This document shows, one piece after another, positions 17,671 to 26,873 of a stretch of DNA of 64,000 bases. The notes below the pieces were generated by a model, which was not told the origin of the DNA, ran no database searches, and saw only the letters and a program-made list of their open reading frames with translations. The translations under genes were made by a program, and so were the position numbers. The number at the start of each line of letters is the position of its first letter. Positions within the stretch are counted from its first letter, which is position 1. This stretch comes from a virus (lineage: Duplodnaviria > Caudoviricetes): positions 32,001 through 96,000 of the IMG/VR virus record IMGVR_UViG_2830161386_000001; one strand, given 5' to 3'.

Positions 17671-20600
17671 AGAGGTCAACTTCCTTTGTCGTCGTGTTCA
17701 CGGCGCCGGAGCTGTCTTTCACCCCGAGCCGAACGGTAAATTTCGTGCTCCGGCTCCCCCGCGACCCGCTTCGAAAGCGGTTGAACGTTTTGGTTTTTTG
17801 GGCAGCGTCCTTGTTGTATTCGGTATTCCATTTGCCGTCGTTGATCCAGTCCCACCGGTACTTCAGGTCGTCACCGTCGGGGTGGGAGCTTTCCGATGCG
17901 TCAAATTTAATTGTAGAGCGCTCCCGCCCGTCTCGGTTCCGGTTGATTGTGGTCGACACGCTGGCGGTCGGGAAGGTTACGTCGGTGGTCTCGCTGTATA
18001 CGTCCCGGTCGGCCTCCGGCACCTCCGGATTTGTGGTGCGGCCCTCAAACGTGACGGTTTTCGTGCCCCCGCTATTGACGGCCCGCTCAAAGACGCTTAC
18101 GCTTTGCCACCCGGTAAAGCCGTTTCCGTCGTGCCAGTCAACGCGAAACTCCCATTTGTACCCCTCGGGGGAGAAGTTCGCCCCCGGGGTTACGACCCGG
18201 ATCTTCTGGCCGGGCGTCAAAATATCGGGGGCTTTTCCGGGGGACTCCTCTCCTCCGTTTTCGCTTACGAGAAGCGTGTTTGCCGTATCGGTGTCGACCG
18301 AATCGTTTTCGTCTCGGGCCTCCGCCTCGACGCGAACCTCGTTGATCGTGACGTTTTCATTTTCGCTTGGCGGGCGGTTTAGGTCCCGCTGCGGGCCGCC
18401 CCACGCGGTCCACTCCCCAAAATCGCGCTCCCCGTTTGCAACCCGAAAGCGGTACTCAAGCCCTCCGCTTGCGGTGGTGGAGCTTCCGGAGGCGTCGACG
18501 CTGAGGGTGCTCGTGCTTGCGGTATAGTAAAACGAGGATATTGTGGCGGTAACGAAGGACACCGACACGCCTACGTTGGTCGTCGCCCCCAGGGCAGTTT
18601 GCGCCTCGACGTTAATGGGCTGGGAGGCGCTGGTGTCGCTGTAGTTATAAGAAATCTCTTTGCTGGTTGTCGGCCCGGCGTCCAAGGACCCGTCGCCGGT
18701 CCAGTCGACCGAGTAGCTGAACTCGACGCCCTCGACGTCGGGCGGGTCGATTTGCAGGGTCGCGACGCTTCCCCGGGCTTTCACCGACGCGTTCGCGTCG
18801 TCGAAATTCGGAAAGTAGATTTCCTTGGTGCCCTCGTCTTTCGCCTCCCGGCCGTCCCGGACCTCCAGGGCTACCTGGTAGAACCGCCCTGGCGTGCCGT
18901 CGGGCAAGGAAAACTGCTTTTCGGCCGTGGGGCTCTCCTTCCAGCTTAGCTTCGCCCAACCGCTTGTAAGCTCTCCGTCGAGCCCGACCGGCGGGGTGCC
19001 TTCTGGCACGCTTGTCGTGGTCTTGTAGATCGTCTCTGTTTCCGGGTAGTACACCCGCGCCCCGCTCTCGTAGCCGGAGCTGCTTGACCAGGTCTGAAAG
19101 GCCATCCGGTACTCCAGGGGGAACGACGGGTTGCGGACGCTTTCCGACCCGTCTAGCGTGGCGGTTTTGTCCTCGAACGTAACCCGCGGAATTGCCTTCG
19201 GCAAAATAATTGTGTCGGTCGCCTCGTCGGTCGCGTCGACCTCGTCGACCGCCTGAACGCGAATGGTCTTCGTGCCGCCGTCTTCAAAAACGTGTTCGAT
19301 GGTCTCCTGCTCTCCAAGGGCCGTGTTCCAGGCCCCGTCCTCGCTCCAGTCGAACCGGTAGCGGTTGTCCAGCCCGTTGGGGTGACCGCTCTCCGAGGCG
19401 CTGATCTGGACCCGCTTTCCGCCGAGGGCCTCGGTCTTGAGGCGGGCGTTGGGGGCCTTAAATTCCTCAAGCGGGACCTCCTCGGGGCTTTTCTTCTCGA
19501 CGATGGACTCGGCCTCCCCCTCCAAGGGGTCGATTTTGCTGTCGGCCTTGTCGTAAAACCGGACGATGTCTTTGCTGGCCGGCTTGGCAGACTGCTCGGC
19601 AAGGGTCGAAAACCGCTCCCCCAGATTGGGGTGCGCTTCAAACCCTCCTCCCGACGGCTGGGCCGGCTGGTCGGTTTCTGCGGTGTGGACCGACCGCCCC
19701 ATCTCGTCGATAAAGGAGATCTCGATGCGCCGTTTGTGCGAGGAGGAGTACCGCCCGAGATCCACGATGCCGGACTTCACGTCTGAGTCCGGGTCGCTTT
19801 GAAGCATCCACCGCAGGGTCGCGGCCGAAAACGGCCGGAAGGTCGGCTCGTTGTAGCGCCACTCCCCGCTCGACCGGGTGGCCACGCGGTGGCGAAGCCC
19901 CAGAAGCACGGCGTCGCTGTCGGGGTGGGGCACCTCCACGTTTGCCACGAGCGTGTTCATCGTGCGGTTGAGGCCCCGCTCGGTGCCGGGGTTCCCGACC
20001 GGGGACCCGTCGCGGTACCCGGTGCCTTTGACCCGCCCGGTGTCTGGGCGAGAAACGGTCACCTCCAGGCTGTCGGACTGGCGGGCGGACTGGTCCTGGC
20101 GCCGGGCCTTGACCACGATTTCGTGCGGGCCGGGCATCGCCTCTGCGCTCAGCACCGGGGTCGGCCGCCCGGTCGTCGTGTTTTCCGCCCGGTCTTTCGC
20201 CCGCTCCCTGCTTCCGGACTCCGGGTCCGAGATCATAAGCAGCCGAGAGGCGCCGTTGTAAATGGCCCCGTTTTGCGGGCCGCTAAAGCGAAGGTCCGTC
20301 CCCAGCTCCAAGACGCTTCCCTCGATGTCGACAATGGGGTAGTCGGTTCCGTCGACGTCGAGATAGTAGGTGTGAGCGCCGACCGCCTCCCGAAGGGCCT
20401 CCACCGCCGTCTGGTCGGAGTCTCCCCCTTGCGGGCCTGCAACACGCTTGACGCGGACGCTGCGCCGCCCCGACGGGGTGACGTACACGCCGGGCCACCC
20501 GACCGTCACAATGAGGCGGGCCTTCGGCGCCGGGCGGATTTCGGGCCGCTCGTTTCCCTCCTCGATCAGCCCCTCCAAGCGCTCGCGGATGGCCGGTTCC

Positions 20601-20827
20601 GTGGCGTAACGAACCGCGCCGATCGGGGCCATCTCCTGGTCGACGGTTTGAACTTCCCTGCCGCCGAGCTTGCCCTCGCTGAAAAGAAGATCGATCTCCT
20701 GCGGGAGCGACCCGCGGTCGAAGGCCCGCTCGACCCGCTCGACGAGCCCCGGGTTGATGATTCGGGGCCGCAGGTGATGCAAGCGCGGGCGGGGCGCGGC
20801 GGGCTGTCGGAGGTTTTGGGTCGGCAT
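17660..20827 (-). CDS. Virion protein with multiple PKD/Ig-like domains
   Basis: Repeated PKD-like motifs (ASES.HP.G...YRFDWSEDG.WNT; FDASESSHPDGDDLKYRWDWINDGKWNT; GTKTIRVQAVD). Confidence 0.75.
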   Translation of the reverse strand: MPTQNLRQPAAPRPRLHHLRPRIINPGLVERVERAFDRGSLPQEIDLLFSEGKLGGREVQTVDQEMAPIGAVRYATEPAIRERLEGLIEEGNERPEIRPAPKARLIVTVGWPGVYVTPSGRRSVRVKRVAGPQGGDSDQTAVEALREAVGAHTYYLDVDGTDYPIVDIEGSVLELGTDLRFSGPQNGAIYNGASRLLMISDPESGSRERAKDRAENTTTGRPTPVLSAEAMPGPHEIVVKARRQDQSARQSDSLEVTVSRPDTGRVKGTGYRDGSPVGNPGTERGLNRTMNTLVANVEVPHPDSDAVLLGLRHRVATRSSGEWRYNEPTFRPFSAATLRWMLQSDPDSDVKSGIVDLGRYSSSHKRRIEISFIDEMGRSVHTAETDQPAQPSGGGFEAHPNLGERFSTLAEQSAKPASKDIVRFYDKADSKIDPLEGEAESIVEKKSPEEVPLEEFKAPNARLKTEALGGKRVQISASESGHPNGLDNRYRFDWSEDGAWNTALGEQETIEHVFEDGGTKTIRVQAVDEVDATDEATDTIILPKAIPRVTFEDKTATLDGSESVRNPSFPLEYRMAFQTWSSSSGYESGARVYYPETETIYKTTTSVPEGTPPVGLDGELTSGWAKLSWKESPTAEKQFSLPDGTPGRFYQVALEVRDGREAKDEGTKEIYFPNFDDANASVKARGSVATLQIDPPDVEGVEFSYSVDWTGDGSLDAGPTTSKEISYNYSDTSASQPINVEAQTALGATTNVGVSVSFVTATISSFYYTASTSTLSVDASGSSTTASGGLEYRFRVANGERDFGEWTAWGGPQRDLNRPPSENENVTINEVRVEAEARDENDSVDTDTANTLLVSENGGEESPGKAPDILTPGQKIRVVTPGANFSPEGYKWEFRVDWHDGNGFTGWQSVSVFERAVNSGGTKTVTFEGRTTNPEVPEADRDVYSETTDVTFPTASVSTTINRNRDGRERSTIKFDASESSHPDGDDLKYRWDWINDGKWNTEYNKDAAQKTKTFNRFRSGSRGSRSTKFTVRLGVKDSSGAVNTTTKEVDLSNF

Positions 20828-20967
20828 GCGCCGATGCGGTTTAGCAGGCCGCCCGTCCGGGCAGCCGGGAACAACACGTTAACAAACTAACGGGCCGGGC
20901 GCGGGCCGTTGACGCCCAGCGGTCTTTCGGCCTTCTTTTTGGCCGCAGGATTTGCGGCCCTGTCGAC

Positions 20968-21007
20968 AAAAAAAAGACCCCACCCCCTTTAGAGAGGGGC
21001 GGGGCCT
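20968..21007 (-). terminator. Rho-independent terminator
   Basis: Minus strand GGCCCCGCCCCTC-TCTA-AAGGGGGTGGGGTC followed by T8, just after the stop of 21040..21840. Confidence 0.8.
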
Positions 21008-21014
21008 AGGCGCC

Positions 21015-21030
21015 AGTCCCAGCTGGGACT
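21015..21030. promoter_or_regulatory. 16-bp palindrome copy 3 (perfect)
   Basis: Between the stop at 21040 and the terminator. Confidence 0.85.
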
Positions 21031-21039
21031 CAGCTGAGC

Positions 21040-21840
21040 TTAAGCCTGCGCCGCTTCGGCGGGCTCGTCCGCCTCGCCGTTCTCTGCGGCATCCGACGTC
21101 TGATCCTCTTCATCTTCTTGGAGGGCGGCAATCGTCTCCTCCGCCGCCTCAATAACCTGGTCGCGGCTTTCGTTTTGGATGATTGCCCTCACGAGAGAGG
21201 GCCGGGCGTTTTCGAGGCCCTGAACACTGACGATTATACTTCTCGCCACAGACTCGTCCAGAGCGCGGCTCCGAATATCCCAAAGCTCGGGAATCTCTCT
21301 CAAGTCGCCAATCCGAGACATAATCGCGTTCTCCAGCGACTGGATTGGCTCGTACCCACTGCCCAGCTCATCGACGTCTTCAACGCCGACCGCGTCGGCG
21401 ATTTGCTCCATCGCCAATCGGGTTTTTCTCTGCTCTCTTCGAAGAATGCGCTGGGCTTCCTCCGAGTCTACCTCATCCTGCACGTACGGCAGGTCAATTT
21501 CGACCTGCTCTTTCGGACGCATAATCCCGTGCAGCTTCTTGCCAGCAGCGGTGCCGCCGGTTATACCCGCAGCAAGGCACAGCCCTTCGACAGTGTCGTC
21601 GCTCAGGCCTTCGGTGGCAGCGTCAAGCTGCCCCAATATTACGTTTTCGGAGCCCTTGCTCTGAAGGGCATCTCGCAGAGCTAAACCTGCTCCTGCGCCG
21701 AACAAGGTTGAGCCGAGGAACGTGGCGTGTGCTGAATAGCGCCGTACTGTCCGGCGGAATTCTTCTTGGTCGTCAGGGGTAAGAAAATTCTTCGTTGAGT
21801 TCCAGGCGTTCTGAATTGAATTTAGCATGGTAGGCACCAT
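21040..21840 (-). CDS. Hypothetical membrane-associated protein (lower-GC insert)
   Basis: 266 aa; Gly/Ala-rich hydrophobic segments (FLGSTLFGAGAGLAL; GLCLAAGITGG); visibly more A/T-ending codons; own AT-rich leader and terminator. Confidence 0.7.
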   Translation of the reverse strand: MVPTMLNSIQNAWNSTKNFLTPDDQEEFRRTVRRYSAHATFLGSTLFGAGAGLALRDALQSKGSENVILGQLDAATEGLSDDTVEGLCLAAGITGGTAAGKKLHGIMRPKEQVEIDLPYVQDEVDSEEAQRILRREQRKTRLAMEQIADAVGVEDVDELGSGYEPIQSLENAIMSRIGDLREIPELWDIRSRALDESVARSIIVSVQGLENARPSLVRAIIQNESRDQVIEAAEETIAALQEDEEDQTSDAAENGEADEPAEAAQA

Positions 21841-21929
21841 GGCTCTTTATTTATGTAGAGTGAAAGCAACAGACACACACCGCCCGTTGCATAACTATGG
21901 TGCCGACTTGCCTGCTATATTTGCACGGT

Positions 21930-22664
21930 TTACCGGAGGCGGCTGGGCACCCCCATCGTACGGTGGGTTTTGGAAGGTAGACCTGTTTCTTGCGCGCCGT
22001 TTTGTTTTGGGGCTTGGCCTCCTTTGGAGCGGCCGTTTTCTTTTGCGGCGCATTCTGCAATTCCGCTTCCCGCAGCCCCGTCTCCCAAAGGCGGAAGGTC
22101 GTGCTCGTTTACCGACCCGCGAGCGAGAGCGCGGAGAAATGACGCGTTGGCGTCACCTTTCATGAGATAGGCCTGGACCATCCCCTCGATGGTCTGCTCG
22201 ATCTGGTCGACTATTGTGCGCTCCAAGGCGTCGTTTTCCGGAACCAGCGCCTCGATCTGCCGCTGAAGCGGGGCAAGCTGGAGGTGGCACATCTCGTGCA
22301 GAAGCGCCTCCGTGCGCCTCGGTCGCGAGAGGCCTGCCGCCGGCGGAGCGGCCCAAATGACCGCCCGGCGGTACCGGGTAATTGGGCGGCACTCAAACGG
22401 GCGCTCCACCCCCAGCTCCGGGTCTTCGGTCGGCGCCTCGCGCCAAGAGATAAGCAGCTCGGTGCACCAGTGGGGGATGATGTTGATGTGCTTCCGGATC
22501 ACCGGGCGGATCTGCCGAAGCAGAAATGGAGGGATGTCTTCTTCAAACCCGACCTTTCGCTGGCCGTTTGTCGCCGGGTCTTGGCCGTGAGAACTGAGCT
22601 TCCGGAACATCTCTCCGCACTGGCTAAAGCCGTAAAACTCCATTGGCCGACTAAATTGGTGCAC
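21930..22664 (-). CDS. HExxH zincin-motif protein (putative metallopeptidase)
   Basis: EALLHEMCHLQL motif with a downstream E; start and C-terminal extent uncertain. Confidence 0.55.
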   Translation of the reverse strand: MHQFSRPMEFYGFSQCGEMFRKLSSHGQDPATNGQRKVGFEEDIPPFLLRQIRPVIRKHINIIPHWCTELLISWREAPTEDPELGVERPFECRPITRYRRAVIWAAPPAAGLSRPRRTEALLHEMCHLQLAPLQRQIEALVPENDALERTIVDQIEQTIEGMVQAYLMKGDANASFLRALARGSVNEHDLPPLGDGAAGSGIAECAAKENGRSKGGQAPKQNGAQETGLPSKTHRTMGVPSRLR

Positions 22665-22769
22665 TTAAAGACAAGCAAAGTAGCGAACGGGCTTCTTTTA
22701 GACCAGCTTTATAGAAATGTTTTTGTCTATCGCCCAAATAAAAAGTGAATGCTGAACTTATTCGTTACT

Positions 22770-23798
22770 TCATGCCACGTGCCGAAAAAGAAGCGCCCGC
22801 CCGCTTTCCGGCGGGGTCGGGCTCGCCCAGATCCTTGTTTTGTAGGCCCGCTCGACAAGGCGGGATTGGGAGCGGTCCCGGCCCGCGTAGATTGCCCGCT
22901 CTTTCGACCCGGACGCAAACCGCGTCGCGTACGCCGTGAGGCGCCCCGCCGACAGGCTCGCCCGAAACGCCGTTGGCGACTGCAAAACAAGAGCCTGGCC
23001 GTCCTCGCTCGTGCCCCGCCCGCTGGTCACGTGCACAAACGCGGTTCCGTCTGGAAGGGGGACAGCGCCTCCTGCAAAGCCGTGCCGTTTCCGGGTTACA
23101 ACCGGCCGGGCAACCATGCTGGTGCCACCGAGGCCGATCTCCAGGTTGGGGCCCTCGTCCTGGTAGCCAATTCGCCCGCTTGGGGCGAGCACGACGCGCC
23201 AGGGGCTCCACCCGCTTCCGCTTACAGGCTGATCCCCGCTTGCCCACGTCGTTTTTTGGTCCCCGCTCCCCGTCGTTAGCGCGGCGGAGACGGTCCCGCT
23301 TCCTTTCGCGGCCCCGAACACGACCAGCGCCGCGTCGCTTCGAACCGACTCTGTAGAGAGAGGGGCCTTCACTTCATTGGAGGCGACATAGTACTCCGCC
23401 GTTACGCTCGCCTGCGTCTCTGTTTTCACGTTAGACACCGACACGTCTCTCCCGCTCTGGTAGGGGTAAGGCCACCGGTTTGCCCGCAGAAACGCCCCGA
23501 CGCGGGGGTTCTTGCGGGCAGGGGGGGCTTGGCCTATTGGCTCGACGCGCCCGTTTCGGTAGGCCTTATACGCGTGCTCTGGGCCGGAGAGCTCGACGTA
23601 CTCTTTTTCGGATACTCCGGTGCTTCCGGCCGAAAACGGGCCGCCCGCGGCCATGAGGTCCTCCCCGCTGCCTGGAACGCGCCCGGACACCGACGCCCCG
23701 ACCAAATCGGCCCGCGCCTCCGTCAGGCGAAGGAGCCCGGGAAGCTCCGCGCCATTGAAAATAATGTCTTCTTCTGGCTTCTCGAACTGTCGGATCAT
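22770..23798 (-). CDS. Hypothetical virion/baseplate protein
   Basis: 342 aa; ATGA overlap with the upstream gene. Confidence 0.6.
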   Translation of the reverse strand: MIRQFEKPEEDIIFNGAELPGLLRLTEARADLVGASVSGRVPGSGEDLMAAGGPFSAGSTGVSEKEYVELSGPEHAYKAYRNGRVEPIGQAPPARKNPRVGAFLRANRWPYPYQSGRDVSVSNVKTETQASVTAEYYVASNEVKAPLSTESVRSDAALVVFGAAKGSGTVSAALTTGSGDQKTTWASGDQPVSGSGWSPWRVVLAPSGRIGYQDEGPNLEIGLGGTSMVARPVVTRKRHGFAGGAVPLPDGTAFVHVTSGRGTSEDGQALVLQSPTAFRASLSAGRLTAYATRFASGSKERAIYAGRDRSQSRLVERAYKTRIWASPTPPESGRALLFRHVA

Positions 23799-25036
23799 GA
23801 GGCGGATTGCATCGAAATGGTAGCCGGCGCGCCCGGCGGCAGGGACCGCTTAATTTCCTCTCGGATGCGGCGTTTCGGGGCGCCGCGCTCGTAGGGACTG
23901 TCTAGCTGAATCGACCAGTTTTTCGCGCCGGTGGCCCGCCCCTCTACAGGCACGAGGTAGGCGACGTCCTCCCCGCCCATCGGCGGGACCTCCCCGACGA
24001 CCGACGTTACCGTGCCCGGCGACTCGACCCGAAGGGTGCGGTCGAAGTCTTGGGTCAAAACGCGGAGCTCCGCCACTTGGCCGGCGGAAAGCCCAGGCGG
24101 GTCGTGAAACTGGATTTCGTTGTCGGCGGGAACCGTATCTTTGACCTCGACTGGCGCCCCCGCCGAGCGGCCGCTTCCGCCGGGGGAGCCGACCGACGCC
24201 TCCGTAATGCAAAGCGGCTCGAAGCGCTCGACCGACGTGCCGGGCGCTTTGAGCGGGAGGGACCCCATTACGCTCAGGTCTTCTTCGACCACCGAATAGG
24301 CCCCGCCCAGCGACGCGTCCTCCGGCACAAAAGAGCCGTACTCGGTTCCGCCCTCATCTTCGATTACCGCAAGCCCCACGCCGCCTTTCCGGCGGTAATC
24401 GGTAATTATCCCGCCCCCGTAGGCAAAGGGGACGCCCAAAAGCGCCTGCCCAAGGCGAAGAATTGTCTTCGGGCGCGCCCCCTCTTGGCGGGCCTTCTCG
24501 ACAAGTTCGGTCACGTAGCTGAGGTGCGGCGGCGGGTACTTTGGGAAGTGCTCGGCCCGAAGCCCGTGGGACTGGCTTAGGTGGTTTTCCACGTAGGGGT
24601 TCGCGAAGCGCATCTCGACAACCCAGGCGCCCCCGTCGTACCCAGTGTAGTTCCCAATTGGGTTTAGCGTGCCGCCGTCGCTGTCGTACTGAAACGGAAT
24701 CTGCCCGCCCTCGACGGTTTCTTGCACGGAAACGACCCGGTAGGGCGCGGGGGTTAGGTCTGCCTCCCCGCCGGAAAAGTCCACCCGGACCCAGGACTCG
24801 GAAAAGAAGGGAATCGCCTCCCCGGGCGTAAGCGACGAGAAAAGCGTAGAGAGGCGAAGAGTCGCGTCGATGCCCAATACCTTGACTCCTTCCCGGATGG
24901 CCTCCAGGCGGCGCAGTGTTTCCTCGGTTGCGGCCTGCTGGTAGGCGTCCGACACGATCGAGCCGGTATCGATGCCGTCCCCCCGGACTTGCCGAAGGCG
25001 GCGGTCTTCGTCCAAGACGTGAAGCTGTGCAGACAT
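23795..25036 (-). CDS. Putative baseplate wedge protein
   Basis: 413 aa; L.QALLGVPFA segment and C-terminal IK..LP.G pattern reminiscent of wedge/tail protein I folds; synteny. Confidence 0.5.
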   Translation of the reverse strand: MSAQLHVLDEDRRLRQVRGDGIDTGSIVSDAYQQAATEETLRRLEAIREGVKVLGIDATLRLSTLFSSLTPGEAIPFFSESWVRVDFSGGEADLTPAPYRVVSVQETVEGGQIPFQYDSDGGTLNPIGNYTGYDGGAWVVEMRFANPYVENHLSQSHGLRAEHFPKYPPPHLSYVTELVEKARQEGARPKTILRLGQALLGVPFAYGGGIITDYRRKGGVGLAVIEDEGGTEYGSFVPEDASLGGAYSVVEEDLSVMGSLPLKAPGTSVERFEPLCITEASVGSPGGSGRSAGAPVEVKDTVPADNEIQFHDPPGLSAGQVAELRVLTQDFDRTLRVESPGTVTSVVGEVPPMGGEDVAYLVPVEGRATGAKNWSIQLDSPYERGAPKRRIREEIKRSLPPGAPATISMQSAS

Positions 25037-25051
25037 AAAGGCCCTTCGGTG

Positions 25052-25441
25052 TTAGTGGGCGGCGATGTCCCCGAACTGCTCCTGCGCTTTTTTCTCTTCT
25101 TGGCGCTCTTTGAGAATTTCGGGGTCGAGCTGGAAGTGCTCCGACCAGTCCACGTCTCGGAGGGAGCGGAGGTACTCCGCCTGCTTTTGCTGGCGGGTTT
25201 CGTCTCGCCCCTTGTGGCCGGGCAGAAGCATTTCAAAGACTGTTTCGAGGGTGTCCTCAGGGCTTTCCAGCTCGGAGGCCCCGCCGGCGAACGCCGCCTT
25301 CTTGTACTCGATCTGCCGGCACCGCTGCTCGTGAAAAAGAAGCGCCACCTCCCGAATCGTGCCCGGATGCACCTCGATGTCGTAAAGCCCCCGCTTCATG
25401 AGGCTAAGCCGGTGCCAGCGAAGGGGGGCCGTTAAAAATTT
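25052..25441 (-). CDS. Tail assembly chaperone frameshift extension (GT-like)
   Basis: Open -1 frame (FLTAPLRWHRLSLMKRGLYD...) that begins at the slippery site and overlaps the stop of the upstream chaperone. Confidence 0.75.
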   Translation of the reverse strand, partial: KFLTAPLRWHRLSLMKRGLYDIEVHPGTIREVALLFHEQRCRQIEYKKAAFAGGASELESPEDTLETVFEMLLPGHKGRDETRQQKQAEYLRSLRDVDWSEHFQLDPEILKERQEEKKAQEQFGDIAAH

Positions 25442-26136
25442 GCGATGCTCCGGTTGGTGGCGTCTTTCACCCGCTCGCGGAAGGCGTTGACCCGCTCCCC
25501 GATTGCATCTAAAACCGGCGTCGGCACCTCCATGCACTCCCGAAACCGCGCTTTCAGGGCGTCGGTGCTGGAAAAAGACTCCCCTGGCGCTGCGCCCGGC
25601 ATCTGCTCCCCCCGGAAATACGAAAGATGCTGGCTTACCAGCATCGGCCCCCGCACCGCTTGCGTGATCGGCTCGTCCTCCCCTAAGGTGTCCTGCAAGA
25701 CGCGCACGACGTTGTGCGTGACGTTCGGGTCGGCGGTCCGGAGGCGAAAGGACGTGGCCCCGAGCTCAAACTCCCGCTCGTAGTGGCCCTCCATGATGAG
25801 CCCGTCTAGGATCTTTTCATCTAGCTCGTTGGGCTCCCGCTCCTCCCCTTCTTTCATCTCCTCCATGATCTCGCGGGGGGTAAAGCCCGCGTCGGTCTCG
25901 GCGATCCGGTAGGTGTCGGCAAACGCCTCCAGGGAGCTGAGGTCCGTTTCCGGGCCCTGCGGGCCCCCGTCCTCCTGTTCAGGTTCGCCCTGAACAGACT
26001 CTTCCTCGCCGTCGGCAGCGCCGCTGGCGGTTTCGCCGGAGGCGCTTTGGGGGCCCTCCCCGTCGTACTCGTCAAGCGGATTGGGGGGCTCGCCAAACGA
26101 GCCGCTGTTTTCATCGGGAGGTCCAAGTTCGGGCAT
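25432..26136 (-). CDS. Tail assembly chaperone (G-like)
   Basis: Follows the tube gene; acidic; ends in a slippery heptamer. Confidence 0.75.
   Translation of the reverse strand: MPELGPPDENSGSFGEPPNPLDEYDGEGPQSASGETASGAADGEEESVQGEPEQEDGGPQGPETDLSSLEAFADTYRIAETDAGFTPREIMEEMKEGEEREPNELDEKILDGLIMEGHYEREFELGATSFRLRTADPNVTHNVVRVLQDTLGEDEPITQAVRGPMLVSQHLSYFRGEQMPGAAPGESFSSTDALKARFRECMEVPTPVLDAIGERVNAFRERVKDATNRSIANF
25435..25441 (-). other. Programmed -1 ribosomal frameshift site A AAT TTT
   Basis: Minus strand GCA AAT TTT TAA: an X XXY YYZ heptamer directly before the stop, in the canonical position downstream of the tail tube gene. Confidence 0.8.
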
Positions 26137-26192
26137 CTGCTAAAAGAGGTCTATTTCAGGTTTGCTGTGAGATCGCCGTGTCTGCCGGGCCG

Positions 26193-26786
26193 TTACTGCG
26201 GCTGGACGGGAAGCATCTGGTCGAAGAGCAGCTGCACCCCCTCCCCGATAAACGGGCTGTTGGAGGACACCTGCATGTTGTGCGAGACGATAAACGTTCG
26301 CTCGAAGAACACGACGCCGACCGGCTCGTCCTCCAGGTCGCGAAAGACGGCAAACAGGCCGACCGGCTTCGAGAAGAGGCTCGACCCGAGGTTGATCATA
26401 AAGTCGCCGTAGCCCGGCTTGTCGCGGCGCTCGAAGTCCTCGACCGCCTGGCCCTCCTGCCCGAGCTGCGGGGAGAGGACGTTCAAGAGGCTCTCTCCGT
26501 CGAAGAGGACCCGGCTGATGTTCATCGAGTCGTTCGTCCGGCTGGAGGAGATGGTGTAGCGCTGGTTCGACCCGACCTCGTGGACCTGGACGACTTGCCG
26601 CTGCTGATTAAACGACATGTCCTGGGTCAGCGCCACGGCGCGGGCTTGCTGAAGCGCGCTTGGGTTGTAGGTCGGCTCCGGGCTGATCAAAAGCAGCGTC
26701 GACTCGCTGGTGACGAAGTCCTGGCCCGCGACGTCGGTCGCGAGCTTGTTGCCGCGAAAGTCCCAGTCTTGGTAGTTGGTTGGCAT
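26193..26786 (-). CDS. Tail tube protein
   Basis: About 197 aa directly after the sheath; QDMSFNQQRQVVQVHEVGS...ISRV.F tube-like motif; strongly biased codons. ATG at 26786 preferred over TTG at 26792. Confidence 0.8.
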   Translation of the reverse strand: MPTNYQDWDFRGNKLATDVAGQDFVTSESTLLLISPEPTYNPSALQQARAVALTQDMSFNQQRQVVQVHEVGSNQRYTISSSRTNDSMNISRVLFDGESLLNVLSPQLGQEGQAVEDFERRDKPGYGDFMINLGSSLFSKPVGLFAVFRDLEDEPVGVVFFERTFIVSHNMQVSSNSPFIGEGVQLLFDQMLPVQPQ

Positions 26787-26873
26787 GCTCAAAAAGGGTC
26801 AAAGTGGCCGCCTATGCGGCGGCGAAAGGCATCAATGGGTTGAGGCAGCGCAGGGCGCTCGAAGCGCAGGGTG

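Noticed and set aside
21851-22060. 69-aa basic, Cys-containing ORF
   Set aside because: It overlaps the 3' end of the HExxH gene and an AT-rich leader, and its basic composition is atypical here. It cannot be supported.
25441-25537. ATG at 25537 as the start of the 161-aa ORF
   Set aside because: The N-terminal ~30 codons are an off-frame shadow of the chaperone. The slippery site explains expression better.
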